Shown piece after piece: positions 35,475 through 37,569 of a stretch of DNA of 37,569 nt. This DNA comes from Octopus bimaculoides (lineage: Eukaryota), in contig NC_069001.1 in NCBI RefSeq assembly GCF_001194135.2, positions 29,931,427 through 29,968,995 on the forward strand, given 5' to 3'. Below the pieces are notes generated by a model. The model was not told where the DNA came from and ran no database searches. It saw only the letters and a program-made list of their open reading frames with translations. Positions within the stretch are counted from its first letter, which is position 1; each line of letters opens with the position of its first letter. Position numbers and translations under genes: made by a program.

Positions 35475-35882
35475 TTTCAAAGCAACAAAATTGCTGTGAT
35501 ATTTATTAATAAGCCTACCCAACGACTTAAAACTTAAGTAAGGATCGGACATTTTCTTGGCTTCTTAGTATAGATCTGTTCATTCAGATTATACTTTGGA
35601 ATAAATAACAACTACTAAAATAACAGCAAAACTCCATTTTATCAGATTTATTTCAATGTTGTACAGTAGAATCTGTATATGTGTTATGTCTTAAAGGAAA
35701 CGCACAGAGTCTGAAATACTGAGAATGCCGTGAATATTACGCATGAAATATATTTTCTTGCTGCTGTAAACACCGAAGTTGAAAGATAATGTATAAAATT
35801 ACGCTGACATACACACAATGAAATTAGTAGTACATTACTACTGCAAGGCATAGTATTTCCTCAGATTACTTATGTGCACATT

Positions 35883-36105
35883 AAGGCAACGAAATAGCAG
35901 AGTCGTCAACATGCTTGGCCAGAAATGTTAGCTAAGATTCGTCCGTCCTCACGATCTGAGTTCAATTTCCACCGAGGTCGGCTTTCATTTTCATCTTTTC
36001 ATGGTCGATCAAATAAGTACCACTGAAGTGCTGGGGTTGATATAATGAGACTGACAACTCCTGCCAAAAATCTGCTGGCCTTGTATCAAAGTCTGAAACT
36101 GATAT
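35883..36105 (+). mobile_element. Diverged full-length SINE family A
   Basis: aggcaacgaaatagcagagtcgtc...tctgagttcaatttccaccgaggtcggctttc...ggtcgatcaaataagtaccac...ctggggttgat...ggccttgt. Confidence 0.75.
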
Positions 36106-36169
36106 TTATGTGGACATTAAATGTAATGTTCGATTTATCTACATATATCTACACTGGCTGTAACATTAG

Positions 36170-36250
36170 TGTGTCGGACAAAATGTTTCGTGGTAGTCAG
36201 ATATCGCTTCTTATTTTCTGAGTTCTAATAATGTCGGGGACTTTTCGTCC
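36170..36250 (+). mobile_element. Possible very old SINE family A head fragment
   Basis: gtcggacaaaatgtttcgtggta...ttttctgagttcta resembles the family-A head only loosely. Confidence 0.35.
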
Positions 36251-36879
36251 TCAAACTTTATAATAAAGGGCAAATAATATTCAGTAACGGCTGGCTATTA
36301 CAAACACACACGCGCGTGCGCTGACAGACAGGTAGATTAAAGATAGACAGATAGAAACATTCATTTACGTACATATATGTTTAGATAAATACATCTGAAT
36401 ACATAAGTGTGTAAGTAAGTAGACAAATATATACAGGCAGATAGATAGATAGAGTTATTGATTTACGTAGTCTTCATAGGAGAAGAAACAATATCTGTTC
36501 TAATACGTTTATTTGTTTTTTGTGTGATGAGGCAGGCAGAAGGTGCACATGTAGATGATTACATACGCGACAATGTTCATTATATCCAAGACGGAGATAG
36601 AAAAGACGTTAGATGACGGCGAGATAAAAACACCTAACAAAAAGGAGAAAACATTTGAACTGCTTGACCGCCATTTTATTACTGCTGCCATCGAAACAGT
36701 CCTTTGGTGTATATTATATATATATATTTGCTGGCAAATATTTATCGTGAACCAGATATAAGAAATAATGTTCACTCGGTGAAACTTAAACTTCTAAAAC
36801 ACTTTGGCAAAAATAACGAAAATAATACACACGTGAACACTTAATATTCTCTGGTAAAAGATCACTGAATTCTCACATA

Positions 36880-37050
36880 TATGTGTGTAAGTGTGTGTGT
36901 GTATGTGTGTACACACATATATTTACACAAGTGTGTATATAAAACTACATGCGTATGTTTATATGTAGTCATATATATTTATATTCATACGCATATATAT
37001 AAATATATTCATTTATATTCCGCATATATAACGCATATATATTTCACGTT
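36880..37050. repeat. Degenerate TG/TA microsatellite region
   Basis: Direct reading. Confidence 0.8.
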
Positions 37051-37569
37051 ATGTTTGGTCAATCCTAAAGAGAAAAAACAAGGTGTGATAAGATTTCAAT
37101 GAAATAATCTCATACATTTCTTCTCCGTATATTTCTTATCACCTTTGATTTCTTACTTGCTCATGATTCATTTATAAACTATTCAACTACATAAACAGAG
37201 ATTTTGTTTCTTTTTTTCTTTCCCGTTTTTCTTTTATTTTTTTCTGCTGTTATTTTGCTAAGTATATATTTCTTATGCATTTATTATTTTTTTTTGTTCA
37301 TTATTTGCGCAATGCAGATTTATATTCAAACATGTTTTCATCCTCTTTCGTTATTTAATTATAACTTTTCTTTTACTGATTAATTGTGCGCAAAATTGTT
37401 GTAAAGATAAACGGGATGGAGATGGTAAGGAAATATCTTGGCAAATTAATTAATACAAGCAGAGGAAAATGTAATATTTGCTGGTTTAATATGTCGTAGC
37501 TACAAAGTAACACAAAGTGTGTCCGATGATTAAAAGTGCATTTTGCTTGGTATATATATATATATATAT

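Noticed and set aside
1-37569. Supplied ORFs rich in YI, HT, VC, poly-I/L/V/S or X
   Set aside because: They are translations of microsatellites or run through N gaps; no protein-like content.
1-37569. CRISPR array, prokaryotic defence system or viral operon
   Set aside because: No repeat-spacer structure (the 19.9-kb array has no unique spacers), no long ORFs, and a eukaryotic repeat landscape.

Overview
AT-rich, microsatellite-dense eukaryotic non-coding DNA with seven assembly gaps (about 2,030 N), each flanked on at least one side by TA-rich repeat. The repeat content suggests a coleoid cephalopod, most likely Octopus; this is inferred from my recall of the repeat families, not from a database search. 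I find no protein-coding host gene that I can support: the supplied ORFs are microsatellite translations, N-spanning artefacts, transposon relics or unrecognisable short frames. Supported features: (i) three tRNA-headed SINE families (family A, at least 8 copies including a tandem triplet at 21.2-21.8 kb; family B, with an internal microsatellite; family C, with a V-SINE-like motif); (ii) three decayed R4/Dong-clade LINE loci with RT, CCHC zinc-knuckle and restriction-like endonuclease motifs; (iii) a CR1-like LINE 3' end; (iv) an internally deleted DD37D (maT-type) Tc1/mariner element with both TIRs, a second deleted mariner and a mariner-type MITE; (v) mini- and microsatellites. I see no convincing novel biological system. 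The best second-look items are structural: a near-perfect ~75-bp-stem fold-back at 17.5-17.7 kb, a perfect 32-bp palindrome inside a SINE, a tail-to-tail RLE/RT LINE fusion at 30.0-30.4 kb, an unexplained inverted-repeat element at 13.2-13.5 kb, and a CpG-rich unique region with long open frames at 31.6-32.7 kb.
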